Shown here: one piece after another, positions 9,841 to 19,451 of the stretch
Layout of the letters: every line of letters starts with the position of its first letter
How positions within the stretch are numbered: the stretch's first letter is position 1
NCBI GenBank assembly: GCA_963706325.1
Contig: CAVPLT010000001.1
Location: 64,001-128,000 of the forward strand
DNA from: an uncultured Nitrospiraceae bacterium
GTDB taxonomy: Bacteria; Nitrospirota; Nitrospiria; Nitrospirales; Nitrospiraceae
DNA length: 64,000 nucleotides
Direction of reading: 5' to 3'
Notes under the pieces: model-generated
What the model saw: the letters and a program-made list of their open reading frames with translations, nothing else
Told to the model about the DNA's origin: nothing
The model's database searches: none
Position numbers and translations under genes: made by a program

Positions 9841-11220
9841 CTACTCGTCCGAGTGTGCTTTGCCTTCAATTTCGGCCAGCTTCCGGTAGAGGGTTTTCCG
9901 ATCGATGCCCAGGACATGCGCGGCCTGATACTTATTGCCGCCCGTCTTTTCGAGAATCCTGACGATGTACTCCTTCTCCACCTCATGCAGCGGCAGGATG
10001 CGCTCAGTCGCTTCATCCAAAATACGCCGATCCCCACGGGATCCCTGCACCTGAATGGGTAAATCGTCCGCCCCGATCATGTCGCCATGGCTCAGCGTGA
10101 CAGCCCGCTCGACCACATTTTCCAACTCCCGCACATTGCCCGGCCAGGCATAATCAACCAGCATCGCCAGCGCCCCTTCACTCACCCCTTTGACCTGTTT
10201 GCCACGAGAGTCGGCGCATTTCTTTAAAAAAGCATCTACGAGAATCGGAATATCTTCCCGGCGTTCCCGCAACGGAGGCAGCTGCAGCTCGATGACATTG
10301 AGGCGGTAGTAAAAATCTTCACGGAACCGCTTATTCTTCACCTCGTCTGCAAGATTCAGGTTCGTCGCCGCGATGATCCGAACGTCCACGGAGATAGATT
10401 TGGTCGCGCCCACTCGCCGGATTTCTCGTTCCTGAATAGCGCGCAGCAGTTTCGCCTGCAGCATGAGCGGGAGTTCGCTGATCTCATCCAGGAACAATGT
10501 GCCCTTTTGCGCTTCCTCGAAGAGCCCGCGCTTATCCACCTTGGCATCCGTGAAGGAGCCTCGCATATGTCCGAAGAGCTCGCTTTCCAGCAGTTGTTCA
10601 GGAATAGCGGCACAGTTGACAGGCACAAAGGGGGCATCGCGCCGGTCACTATTGTAATGAATAGCCTTGGCAACCAATTCTTTTCCTGTCCCACTCTCAC
10701 CGGTAATCAACACGTTGGTTGGGCTATCCGCCACCCGCCGGATCAGATCGAACACCACCTGCATCGCCTTACTCTTCCCGAGAATGTGATGAAAACTGTA
10801 TTCCTTGCGCACCTCCTGTCGAAGGCGACTCACCTCGCGACGGAGGGCCGCCTCACGAACCGCCCGCTCGACCACACGCACCAGTTCCTCAGTCTTTACC
10901 GGCTTGGTGAGATAGTCGCTGGCGCCATACCGCATGGCCTCGACCGCAGTTTCCACCGATCCAAAAGCCGTCATGAGAATGACCCCGATATCCGGATGCC
11001 TGTGCTTGATTTCAGCCAACAGCTCAGTTCCCAGCATGCCTTTCATGCGGAGATCGGTGAGCACCACCGCATAATCTTCTTCCCCCAAGTGCTTCAGCGC
11101 CCCTTGACCGCTGCCGACTCCCGTACATTGATGCCCTCGGCCCTGCAGCACATCACAGAGCAGACTGCGCATGTCTGCGTCATCGTCGACCACTAGTATC
11201 GCGCCCCAATCCTCAGTCAT
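9841..11220 (-). CDS. NtrC/AtoC-family sigma54-dependent response regulator
   Basis: Receiver (VVDDD, LTDLRM), [14 protein letters not shown] variant loop, FLDEI, HTH LGIDRKTLYRKL. ATG at 11220 follows AAGGA. Confidence 0.93.
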   Translation of the reverse strand: MTEDWGAILVVDDDADMRSLLCDVLQGRGHQCTGVGSGQGALKHLGEEDYAVVLTDLRMKGMLGTELLAEIKHRHPDIGVILMTAFGSVETAVEAMRYGASDYLTKPVKTEELVRVVERAVREAALRREVSRLRQEVRKEYSFHHILGKSKAMQVVFDLIRRVADSPTNVLITGESGTGKELVAKAIHYNSDRRDAPFVPVNCAAIPEQLLESELFGHMRGSFTDAKVDKRGLFEEAQKGTLFLDEISELPLMLQAKLLRAIQEREIRRVGATKSISVDVRIIAATNLNLADEVKNKRFREDFYYRLNVIELQLPPLRERREDIPILVDAFLKKCADSRGKQVKGVSEGALAMLVDYAWPGNVRELENVVERAVTLSHGDMIGADDLPIQVQGSRGDRRILDEATERILPLHEVEKEYIVRILEKTGGNKYQAAHVLGIDRKTLYRKLAEIEGKAHSDE

Positions 11221-12041
11221 AAAGTTCCTTGAGTGAATCAATCATTCGATCAGCCCGTGCAAGCTGATGCGGGCACAGACTAATCGGGTTGTTCGTAGAC
11301 GGTCAAGAGGCGGCATGCGGCGCCCTTTCCCCATTGCTGTCTCGAAATGCCCCAACCGCTGCGGCAGGGCCACGCACAAAGAACCTGAAACCTCGGTTCT
11401 TCTCTACCCCTCTCGACTCAGGCAGCTGAAGAGGAGCGCCCTTCACTTACGGCTTCATGGTCCATCTAGGAGGTGATACATGGATACCGACTCCTTGGAG
11501 TTTCGACACAGTTCAATAGCTACCGACTCTGACATCTCTTCATGTTTGCAAGGTCAAGACCGCGGACCAGTCCGCTGCAGGGCCTATGAAACTATTCCGC
11601 CCGAGCAGAGGACTTGGGCCGTGATCGCGAGCACTGGCTGCTTGTAGGTTGGCCATCCCCCATTGGCAATTGGCGGTCCCAAGGCCCATCCAACAGTCTC
11701 TATAAGACCGTTCCCGTCGAGTCCGGTCCCATCACCGGACGCGTCAATGCCACGGCGGACCGCGGCATCTCCTCGCAAGCGATCTCCCGTTGCCTTCCTG
11801 TTCTCCGTGATGATAGATATCTCCTTCCGCCTCTACCCGGAGAACAAAGCCCCGCGCATAATCCTATAAAAGCGTTGCACTATGAGTACGCGTCGAAAGC
11901 CACGGTTGGTACTCTCGACCAGGGTTTAACCTAGTATCGAACATTCCGCCCTTCCGGCGACTATTTAGACATTTGTACATCCACCCTTCTCTCATCGCAT
12001 AGCACGCAGCCGTGGGTAGCCGTCGATGAACAGGTTTGACT

Positions 12042-13604
12042 ATGTGGCTCTATTCGGCCCAATTCTTTCTCGGGTTCCTTCCGATCACGCTCTTCTTCTA
12101 CTGGATGGCGCGCTGGCGCGGCTTGTGGCGAGCAAGCCTCCTGGTGCTGATCGGCGCCTCGGTGATATTTGCCGCCATCCACTCATTGGGCAGCGTTGGA
12201 CTCATTCTCTGCTCGGTCCTCGTCAACTATGCCTTCGGCTTTGCTCTGGCGCCGGGAACCACCCGGTCGGCCTCTCACCGCAAGATCCGTCTGATGCTGG
12301 CTGTGACCGCCAATCTTGCCGTCCTTGCGTACTTCAAGTATTTTTCCTCTTTGATTGAGAGTGCGAACGATCTTCTGGGGCCGTCTTATCAATCTACCTA
12401 CCCAATGTTCATGCCCCTCGGCATCTCCTTTCTGACCTTTCAGCAAATCGCCTACCTCGTAGATGTGTATCGAGGACAGATCAACGTCCATCAAAGTACG
12501 TTTGGCAACTACATCCTGTTCTGCTCATTTTTCCCCAAGCAAGTTGCGGGACCGATCCTCCGATACGCTGAAGTCGTCGGGGAACTAAAGAGGGTCATGG
12601 GGCCGGCTGTGTTGAGCCGTAACGTCGTGGAAGGGCTGACGGTGTTTACGATTGGGCTCTGCAAGAAAGTCGTTCTTGCCGATAGCCTTGCGTCCTATTC
12701 AAATTCGTTGTTCGGAGCGGTACCAGCCGGACAGCCGATGGGTTTTGTCGAAGCATGGGGAGGGCTGCTCGCCTACACGTTTCAACTCTACTTTGATTTT
12801 TCGGGGTATACGGACATGGCCATCGGCGTCGCGCTGCTCTTCGGAATTCGATTGCCTGAAAATTTCGACGCGCCGTACACAGCCACCAGCATGATCGACT
12901 TCTGGAAACGCTGGCACATGACCCTCTCACGGTTTTTGCGTGATTATCTGTACATTCCTCTCGGCGGCAATCGTCTGGGGTTTGGGAGACAGCTGGTCAA
13001 CGTGTTCGTCACGATGGCGCTCTGTGGGATCTGGCACGGAGCGGGGCTGACATTCGTGATCTGGGGGGGCCTGCATGGAGCGTATTTGTGCCTCAACCAC
13101 GTCTGGAAAAAGTTTCAAATGTCCTGCCCGGAATGGGTTGGATGGGTGTTGACCTTCCTCGCCGTGACCTACTCATGGGTGTGGTTTCGAGCCGAGAGCG
13201 TTTCGTCTGCTCTCAACCTGACCGCTTCGCTGACAGGCCTCCACGGGCTTTGGGCCGAAGGGTGGTTCACGGCCCTGCGGACATTTCAGGCTCCGGCTGA
13301 TTCCCATCAAGCCCTAGCAAATATTCTGCACGAATTCCATCTGACCGTTACGTATCACCAGTGGACCCTGCGATTTGAGGACATCGTGCTGTCAGGTCCT
13401 TTTCTTCAGCTGTCCTGGATCGCCCTGGCGGCTGTGGTGGTCTTCTGGTTCCCAAAAACAAGTCAGTGGGCGGCTGAACCGAGTCGTCAGGCATCCCCGG
13501 GCCACTATGGGGGCTCTGCTGTGGCAATGGGGCTTCTGATCTTTCTTGCTCTCGCATTTTCCATGTCCGACTCGACTCCGTTGTTCGTCTACTCTCAATT
13601 CTAG
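12042..13604 (+). CDS. MBOAT-family O-acyltransferase (AlgI/DltB-like)
   Basis: PLGISFLTFQQIAYLVD, QLYFDFSGYTDMAIG, FWKRWHMTLSRFLRDYLYIPLGGNR, GIWHG. Confidence 0.92.
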   Translation: MWLYSAQFFLGFLPITLFFYWMARWRGLWRASLLVLIGASVIFAAIHSLGSVGLILCSVLVNYAFGFALAPGTTRSASHRKIRLMLAVTANLAVLAYFKYFSSLIESANDLLGPSYQSTYPMFMPLGISFLTFQQIAYLVDVYRGQINVHQSTFGNYILFCSFFPKQVAGPILRYAEVVGELKRVMGPAVLSRNVVEGLTVFTIGLCKKVVLADSLASYSNSLFGAVPAGQPMGFVEAWGGLLAYTFQLYFDFSGYTDMAIGVALLFGIRLPENFDAPYTATSMIDFWKRWHMTLSRFLRDYLYIPLGGNRLGFGRQLVNVFVTMALCGIWHGAGLTFVIWGGLHGAYLCLNHVWKKFQMSCPEWVGWVLTFLAVTYSWVWFRAESVSSALNLTASLTGLHGLWAEGWFTALRTFQAPADSHQALANILHEFHLTVTYHQWTLRFEDIVLSGPFLQLSWIALAAVVVFWFPKTSQWAAEPSRQASPGHYGGSAVAMGLLIFLALAFSMSDSTPLFVYSQF

Positions 13605-13609
13605 CCGCG

Positions 13610-14692
13610 ATGCGACCATCTCCAGCCAGATATGCATTCATTTTCATGTCAACGGCGGCTCTTTTAAGTATCGGATACCTGCTGCTCTTTGTGTACCAAC
13701 TCGGAGCATTAGTGCCGGCAGAATATTGGGCGCGCGAGTCGCTCATTGGAAAACTAGGGATGCTGGAACAATTGCAAGGACGGCAAAAAGTAGTATTTGT
13801 TGCCGGATCGAGCGCGCACTACGGAATTGACACGAGGCTGGTCGAAGCCGCCGTGAATCGCCCGGCGGCGAACCTTGGATTCGACGCGCTCATGCCCTTG
13901 GGTCCCCTCATGGACGAGGTGCAGCCGTTTCTTCACCAGGGAGACACCTTGGTCCTGCCCCTGGAATTTGAATACTATGTGGCCACAACGACCTACAACG
14001 CGTGGTTCACAAGTGACGTGATGGCCTGGGCTCCCGAATATTTTTGGAAATTGCCGCTTATAGAGAAGGCTCGATTTGTGCTCGCAGTGCCACCTCGGCG
14101 ATTGCTGTTGGGGACGCTCACTCAGGCTCTGTCCCCATGGCTGCAGCAGGTGGAGAAGCGACGACTGAAAACCCGAGAGGAGATTCTCAAGAGGCTCCAG
14201 GATGCATGGGACACCCCGGATTATGCTCCCAAATACATGTACTCACCGTTGAATATAGATCGTCGTGGCAACGCCATTCTTAGTAATGGAGAATACAAAA
14301 ACCCCAACTACTCATTGCTATCAGGGACAGTCGAAAACACCCCAACGTGGGAGACCCTTGAAGCGCTCGCAGCGTTTTGCCGCGAACGAGACATCAAGCT
14401 GCTGGTTACCTGGCCTCCGATTGAGAACGGCGTGATCGACTTCAATGCTCCTGAACACCTCGCACAGGTAAAAGCCATTATGGCTCACCTGAGGCGTCTG
14501 GGAATCCCCGTGCTCGGGGCGCCGGCTGAATTTCAGTATCCGCAGCCACTGTTCTCGGACACGCACTATCATCTGACAGCAGCAGGAAGGGAGGAACATA
14601 CCCGACACCTCCTGCGTTACTTACTTCCCATGATTCCTCCACCCCTACCTGGAGACCTACAGCCGCTGAGAAATAGTCTCGCAGAAGCCTAG
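13610..14692 (+). CDS. Membrane-anchored SGNH-like partner of the MBOAT (AlgJ/DltD-like)
   Basis: N-terminal TM helix, FVAGSSAHYG block and C-terminal FSDTHYHL; starts 5 nt after the MBOAT stop. Confidence 0.7.
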   Translation: MRPSPARYAFIFMSTAALLSIGYLLLFVYQLGALVPAEYWARESLIGKLGMLEQLQGRQKVVFVAGSSAHYGIDTRLVEAAVNRPAANLGFDALMPLGPLMDEVQPFLHQGDTLVLPLEFEYYVATTTYNAWFTSDVMAWAPEYFWKLPLIEKARFVLAVPPRRLLLGTLTQALSPWLQQVEKRRLKTREEILKRLQDAWDTPDYAPKYMYSPLNIDRRGNAILSNGEYKNPNYSLLSGTVENTPTWETLEALAAFCRERDIKLLVTWPPIENGVIDFNAPEHLAQVKAIMAHLRRLGIPVLGAPAEFQYPQPLFSDTHYHLTAAGREEHTRHLLRYLLPMIPPPLPGDLQPLRNSLAEA

Positions 14693-14764
14693 TCAGGCGA
14701 CAGACAACAAGCGGCGGCGCGCAATGGGGAGTTGAGGGATGTTTGCGAGAACTACGAGAGGTTG

Positions 14765-15697
14765 TCAGCCTACGCGAACTTGCTGCTCTGCGTGGTAGGA
14801 ACTTCGGACTAGCGGCCCAGATTCGACATGGCGGAAGCCGAGGGCGAGGCCTTCCTCTTTCAGAGCTGCAAATTCATCGGGGTGGTAAAATCGCGCCACG
14901 GGAAGATGCTCCTTCGTTGGTTGAAGGTACTGGCCGATGGTCATGATGTCGCATTCGACCGAGCGCAGGTCCCGCATGACGTCGAGCGCCTCATCCGCCG
15001 TCTCGCCCATGCCGACGATCAAGCCCGACTTCGTGGTCATGCCCATCTGCTTGGCCCGTGCGAGTAAATCGATCGACCGCTGATACTTTCCCTGCGCCCT
15101 AATCGAGGGGAACAATCGTCGCACCGTTTCGATGTTGTGATTGAGAATGTCAGGCTTTGCGGCAGCGACCAACGCGAGCGCCGCCTCGTCTCCCGCAAAG
15201 TCCGGAATGAGAACCTCGATCGTGCAGCTCGGAATCAGACGCCTGATGTGGCCGATCGTGTCTGAAAAGATTGACGCGCCGCCGTCTCGCAACTCATCAC
15301 GGTTCACCGACGTGATCACGGCATGCCTCAAATTGAGCGCCTGGATGGCCTCCGCCACCCGCAACGGCTCGTCGCGATCCACGGCATGGGGGCGGCCTGT
15401 CGCGACGGAACAGTAGTGACAGCGCCGGGTGCAGATGTCGCCCAGAATCAGGAACGTCGCCGTGCGCGCATTCCAACATTCCCAGACATTCGGACAGCGA
15501 GCCTCTTCACAGATGGTGTGGAGCTTGAGCCGGTCCATAGTCCGGCGAATCTCCTGGTAGTCGGGCCCTGTCTGCAGGCGAACCTTGAACCAGGGCGGCA
15601 GTCGACGCGGCGCACCTTCGTCTAATGAAGGTGCGTGGAAAACAGCGGACGATGTCTCACCGGCTTTCCGTAGGCCTGCTACCGGGATGAACGTCAC
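14765..15697 (-). CDS. lipA: Lipoyl synthase
   Basis: CEEARCPNVWEC, CTRRCHYC radical-SAM motif, RSSYHA. Confidence 0.96.
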   Translation of the reverse strand: MTFIPVAGLRKAGETSSAVFHAPSLDEGAPRRLPPWFKVRLQTGPDYQEIRRTMDRLKLHTICEEARCPNVWECWNARTATFLILGDICTRRCHYCSVATGRPHAVDRDEPLRVAEAIQALNLRHAVITSVNRDELRDGGASIFSDTIGHIRRLIPSCTIEVLIPDFAGDEAALALVAAAKPDILNHNIETVRRLFPSIRAQGKYQRSIDLLARAKQMGMTTKSGLIVGMGETADEALDVMRDLRSVECDIMTIGQYLQPTKEHLPVARFYHPDEFAALKEEGLALGFRHVESGPLVRSSYHAEQQVRVG

Positions 15698-16896
15698 GGC
15701 TTCTCCGTCGAAGCGGCAAGTTCTTGCGGATGCTCCAGGACTCGCTTGAACTCTTTCAGAAACTGCGCCCCCATCAGTCCATCGAGGGCTCGATGATCGC
15801 AGGACATCGTCACCTTCATCCTCCGCCCGACCGTCACCGTTCCCTTCGCCACGACCGGCACGTCTCGGATGGAGCCGACGGCAATGGATGCGGCTTGCGG
15901 CGGCATCAGCACAGCGAGAAAATTGTCCACATCGAACATTCCGAGGTTGGAGATGGAAAACGTGGCCCCCGTGTATTCCTGCGGCTGCAATCGCTTCTGG
16001 CGAGCGCGCTCAATGAGAGCTTTGGTTTCCGTCGAAATGTCGGCTAAGGTCTTCGCGCCGCAGTTACGAACGACGGGTGTGATCAACCCATCTTCCATGC
16101 CCACGGCCAGGCCGATATCGATCTGAGCATACTGTCTGATGGCATCTCCGACATAGGAAACATTGATCTCAGGATGGCGCATGAGCGCCGACGCCGAGGC
16201 CTTGATCAGCACGTCAGTAATGGACGGATGAGTTTGCCGGTTCTGTTTGAATTGATCGCGCAATTTCTCAGCCTGCTCCATATCGATGTCGACCGTCAGA
16301 TAGAAATGTGGGACCGGAGCTTTGCTTTGAACGGTCGATCGAGCGATGGCTTTCCGCATCTGACTGAGCGGCTGATCGGTTCCGGCAGGCAGCGCCTGCG
16401 CAGTAGGTGCGGCTGCCTTCGTGACATCATCTTCAACAATCCGTCCGCCGGGTCCGGTACCGGTCAGAGCAGAAAGGTCGACCCCCCGCTCGGCGGCCAA
16501 AGCTTTCGCCCGCGGCGAGGCGAACAGACGCGCTCCTACCACGGGGGCTGACGTCGGAGACGAGGCATCCGGCTTCGACGTGGGGGCCGGTTTGCCCCCC
16601 GTTCCAACGGATGGAGCCGCCGTGACGCCTTCGGCCAACGCGACGGAGATATCTTCATCGGCCTCCGCAATCACCGCGATCAATGTCCCCGACTGGACGG
16701 TGGTGCCGTCCTGCACGAGAATCTTGCGCAAGACGCCGGGAGCGAACGCCTCCAGATCCATGACAGCTTTGTCGGTTTCGATCTCCGCGATGACTTCGCC
16801 TGCATGGACCGGATCGCCTTCATGCTTTTTCCAGGCCAGCAAGACGCCCTCTTCCATCGTATCCGTCAGCTTGGGCATGACGACGCGACTAGCCAT
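15694..16896 (-). CDS. pdhC: Pyruvate dehydrogenase E2, dihydrolipoamide acetyltransferase
   Basis: Lipoyl domain EIETDKA, E3-binding ASPRAK..GTGPGGRI, catalytic DHRALDG. Confidence 0.92.
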   Translation of the reverse strand: MASRVVMPKLTDTMEEGVLLAWKKHEGDPVHAGEVIAEIETDKAVMDLEAFAPGVLRKILVQDGTTVQSGTLIAVIAEADEDISVALAEGVTAAPSVGTGGKPAPTSKPDASSPTSAPVVGARLFASPRAKALAAERGVDLSALTGTGPGGRIVEDDVTKAAAPTAQALPAGTDQPLSQMRKAIARSTVQSKAPVPHFYLTVDIDMEQAEKLRDQFKQNRQTHPSITDVLIKASASALMRHPEINVSYVGDAIRQYAQIDIGLAVGMEDGLITPVVRNCGAKTLADISTETKALIERARQKRLQPQEYTGATFSISNLGMFDVDNFLAVLMPPQAASIAVGSIRDVPVVAKGTVTVGRRMKVTMSCDHRALDGLMGAQFLKEFKRVLEHPQELAASTEKP

Positions 16897-16958
16897 GGGT
16901 CCTCCTCACCGATGCCGACCACAAGCGACTACCACTATGGTCCCTGATGCTCATCTTC

Positions 16959-17939
16959 TCAATCACGCACGCCGCAAACCGACCGGACAGCGGCGACGAC
17001 GCGCGACACATCCGGAATGGCGGCATCTTCCAGCGGACGGCTGTAGGGCATCGGCACATCTTCGCCGGTCACGCGGACGATGGGCCCATCCAGATAATCA
17101 AACGCCGCCGAATAGACGCTCTCGGCAATCTGCGCGCCCAATCCGCAGAATCGCCAACCTTCTTCGACAATCACAAGATGCCCGGTCTTCTTGACCGAAT
17201 TCACGATGGCCGGAAGATCCAAGGGTTTGAGTGTCCGGGGATCAATGACCTCCACATCAATATCTTCGTGGCGCAGCTGTTCGGCCGCCTCTAATGCCAG
17301 GAGCAACATCTTGGAATAGGCCACGATCGTGACATCGCGCCCTTCGCGCTTCAGATCGGCCACCCCGAGAGGGATGGTATACTCACCCTCCTGCACCTCG
17401 CCCTTGGTCCCATAGAGTAATTGGGCTTCAATAAAGATGACCGGGTTCTTGTCGCGGATCGCGCTCTTCAGCAGACCTTTCGCATCGTGCGGGGTAGCCG
17501 GCATCACGACCTTCAACCCCGGCACGTGGCAGAACCAGGCTTCCAAACTTTGCGAATGTTGTGCGCCCAACTGATGGGCCGCGCTGCCGGGGCCGCGAAT
17601 CACGATCGGAACGGATAGTTGCCCCCCCGACATGTATCTGATTTTGGCGGCGTTGTTGACGATCTGATCGAGGGCGATAATGCTGAAGTTCATGGTCATG
17701 AGTTCGACGATCGGCTGCAATCCGGCCATGGCGGCGCCGATGGCCAGGCCCGTGAAGCCGGCTTCCGTGATCGGCGTATCGACCACCCGCTGAGGCCCGA
17801 ACTCCTCGACAAACCCCTTGCTGACCTTGAAGGCCCCCTGGTAGTAACCGACTTCTTCGCCGATCAGAAAGATTCGCTCGTCCCGGCGCATCTCTTCCCG
17901 CATGGCCTGATTGAGGGCGTCTCGATAGGACAACAGCAT
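16959..17939 (-). CDS. pdhB: Pyruvate dehydrogenase E1 beta subunit
   Basis: DTPITEAGF, AHQLGAQHSQ, EVIDPRTLKPLD. Confidence 0.93.
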   Translation of the reverse strand: MLLSYRDALNQAMREEMRRDERIFLIGEEVGYYQGAFKVSKGFVEEFGPQRVVDTPITEAGFTGLAIGAAMAGLQPIVELMTMNFSIIALDQIVNNAAKIRYMSGGQLSVPIVIRGPGSAAHQLGAQHSQSLEAWFCHVPGLKVVMPATPHDAKGLLKSAIRDKNPVIFIEAQLLYGTKGEVQEGEYTIPLGVADLKREGRDVTIVAYSKMLLLALEAAEQLRHEDIDVEVIDPRTLKPLDLPAIVNSVKKTGHLVIVEEGWRFCGLGAQIAESVYSAAFDYLDGPIVRVTGEDVPMPYSRPLEDAAIPDVSRVVAAVRSVCGVRD

Positions 17940-17946
17940 GGATGAG

Positions 17947-18924
17947 TTACTCCTCCGCCATCACATCGGTATGCAATGTCGATAGATCCGGAAACGGACT
18001 CTCATCCGCAAATTTGACGGCCGCCGCCACGACCTTGCTCACGTCCTGCTCGAGTTGTTTGAAATCGGTTTCGACCGCGAGCTTATTGTTCAGGATGGTC
18101 TGTTTCAACAGCAGGAGCGGATCTCGTTGGCGATGCTCTTCCACTTCTTCTTTGGTCCTGTAATGACCATGCGACGGGTCGGACATCGAATGCCCCATGA
18201 AGCGGTAGGTCATCGCCTCGATGAAATAGGGTCCCTGGCCCGCGCGTACCTGCTCCACCACGGTGCGCATCAACGAACGGACGGCCAGCACATCCATGCC
18301 GTCCACGCGCTCGGCCTTGATGCCATAGGAGCGCGCCGCCTCGGCCACATTCTCGTACAGTGCGACGGCCCGCTCCACCGGCGTGCCCATGCCATAGCGG
18401 TTGTTTTCGCAAATAAAGATCACGGGCAGTTTCCACAAGGCCGCCAAGTTGAACGCTTCATGCGCCTGGCCGCTCGGCACGGCCCCTTCGCCGAAAAAAC
18501 AGAGCGTCACAAGATCGAGTTTCTGGTACTTGGTCGCGAAGGCCAAGCCCGCTCCCAGCGGAATATGGCCGCCGACGATCGCATAGCCGCCCATGAACCG
18601 ATTGGCAAGATCCACCAGATGCATGGAACCGCCTTTGCCCTTGCACAGGCCCGTCGCCTTGCCGAACAGCTCGGCCATCACCTTGTTCGGATCGGCACCT
18701 CTGGCCAGGCATTGTCCATGGTCGCGATAGGAAGTGATCACATAATCGTCCGGCTGAAGGGCGGCGATGGCTCCGACCGCGATGGCCTCTTCGCCGATGT
18801 ACAAATGCAGGAACCCCGCGATTTTCGCGAGGGCATACATCTCCGCCGACTTTTCTTCGAATCGGCGGATCAGCAACATCTGATGATAGAGAGAAAGCAG
18901 ATCAGCTTTGTCCATGTCGGCCAT
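17947..18924 (-). CDS. pdhA: Pyruvate dehydrogenase E1 alpha subunit
   Basis: GFLHLYIGEEA, YRDHG, GKGGSMH, GEGA...ENN TPP motif, YRFMGHSMSDP. Start probably 18924 or 18915. Confidence 0.93.
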   Translation of the reverse strand: MADMDKADLLSLYHQMLLIRRFEEKSAEMYALAKIAGFLHLYIGEEAIAVGAIAALQPDDYVITSYRDHGQCLARGADPNKVMAELFGKATGLCKGKGGSMHLVDLANRFMGGYAIVGGHIPLGAGLAFATKYQKLDLVTLCFFGEGAVPSGQAHEAFNLAALWKLPVIFICENNRYGMGTPVERAVALYENVAEAARSYGIKAERVDGMDVLAVRSLMRTVVEQVRAGQGPYFIEAMTYRFMGHSMSDPSHGHYRTKEEVEEHRQRDPLLLLKQTILNNKLAVETDFKQLEQDVSKVVAAAVKFADESPFPDLSTLHTDVMAEE

Positions 18925-19244
18925 TATGCATGGCGGGACAGGTCGACACAACCCTGATCGTCCGACCCATGATGACACCGTCTTGGCATTCAAGAAGTTT
19001 CGCGAAGCAAGACATTATTGCAACGCGAGATGAACTTTGGAGACGCAGGCTGAACCGTCATTCTCGGGAGAAGAGAAGGAGTCGGAGAGTCTCACGGAGC
19101 AGGATACACATTGGGTGCGTCCCCAGACTGAAGGGCCAATCTCAGGAGCACGTTGTGTCGCGCCGGAACTGACTCAGTCTTCGAGGTGAGGTGTTGACGG
19201 AGAGATGTCGGGATTTCGTCTAGAAAAACGAGCGAACTCAAAGC

Positions 19245-19279
19245 TATAATTCGACTCTCCCTATGCCTATCCGCATAGG
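19245..19279 (+). promoter_or_regulatory. Putative -10 box and downstream palindromic operator upstream of dabB
   Basis: TATAAT at 19245-19250 followed by the dyad CCTATGC-N6-GCATAGG at 19260-19279. Confidence 0.45.
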
Positions 19280-19451
19280 AGTGTGCCGCGTAGGACCATC
19301 TTAATTGGGCTTGTTCCGGTGAAATTGTGAACTGCTCCCTCTGTCATAGCTGGATATCCTCGCTTGGTCCTGGGCAAGCACCGGACAGGAGCCGCTCCTC
19401 ATCCCCCACCGTGCTGACGCGCGTTTTTTCGTCACCGGACGCGGCATCCAA

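Noticed and set aside
10545..10565. GSFTDA instead of GAFTGA as a sign of a sigma54-independent activator
   Set aside because: The key F and T are retained and such variants occur in this family; not enough to call loss of function.
11242..12035. ~800-bp intergenic region as an sRNA, IS or pseudogene
   Set aside because: No terminal inverted repeats, recognisable protein fragment or convincing structure found by eye.
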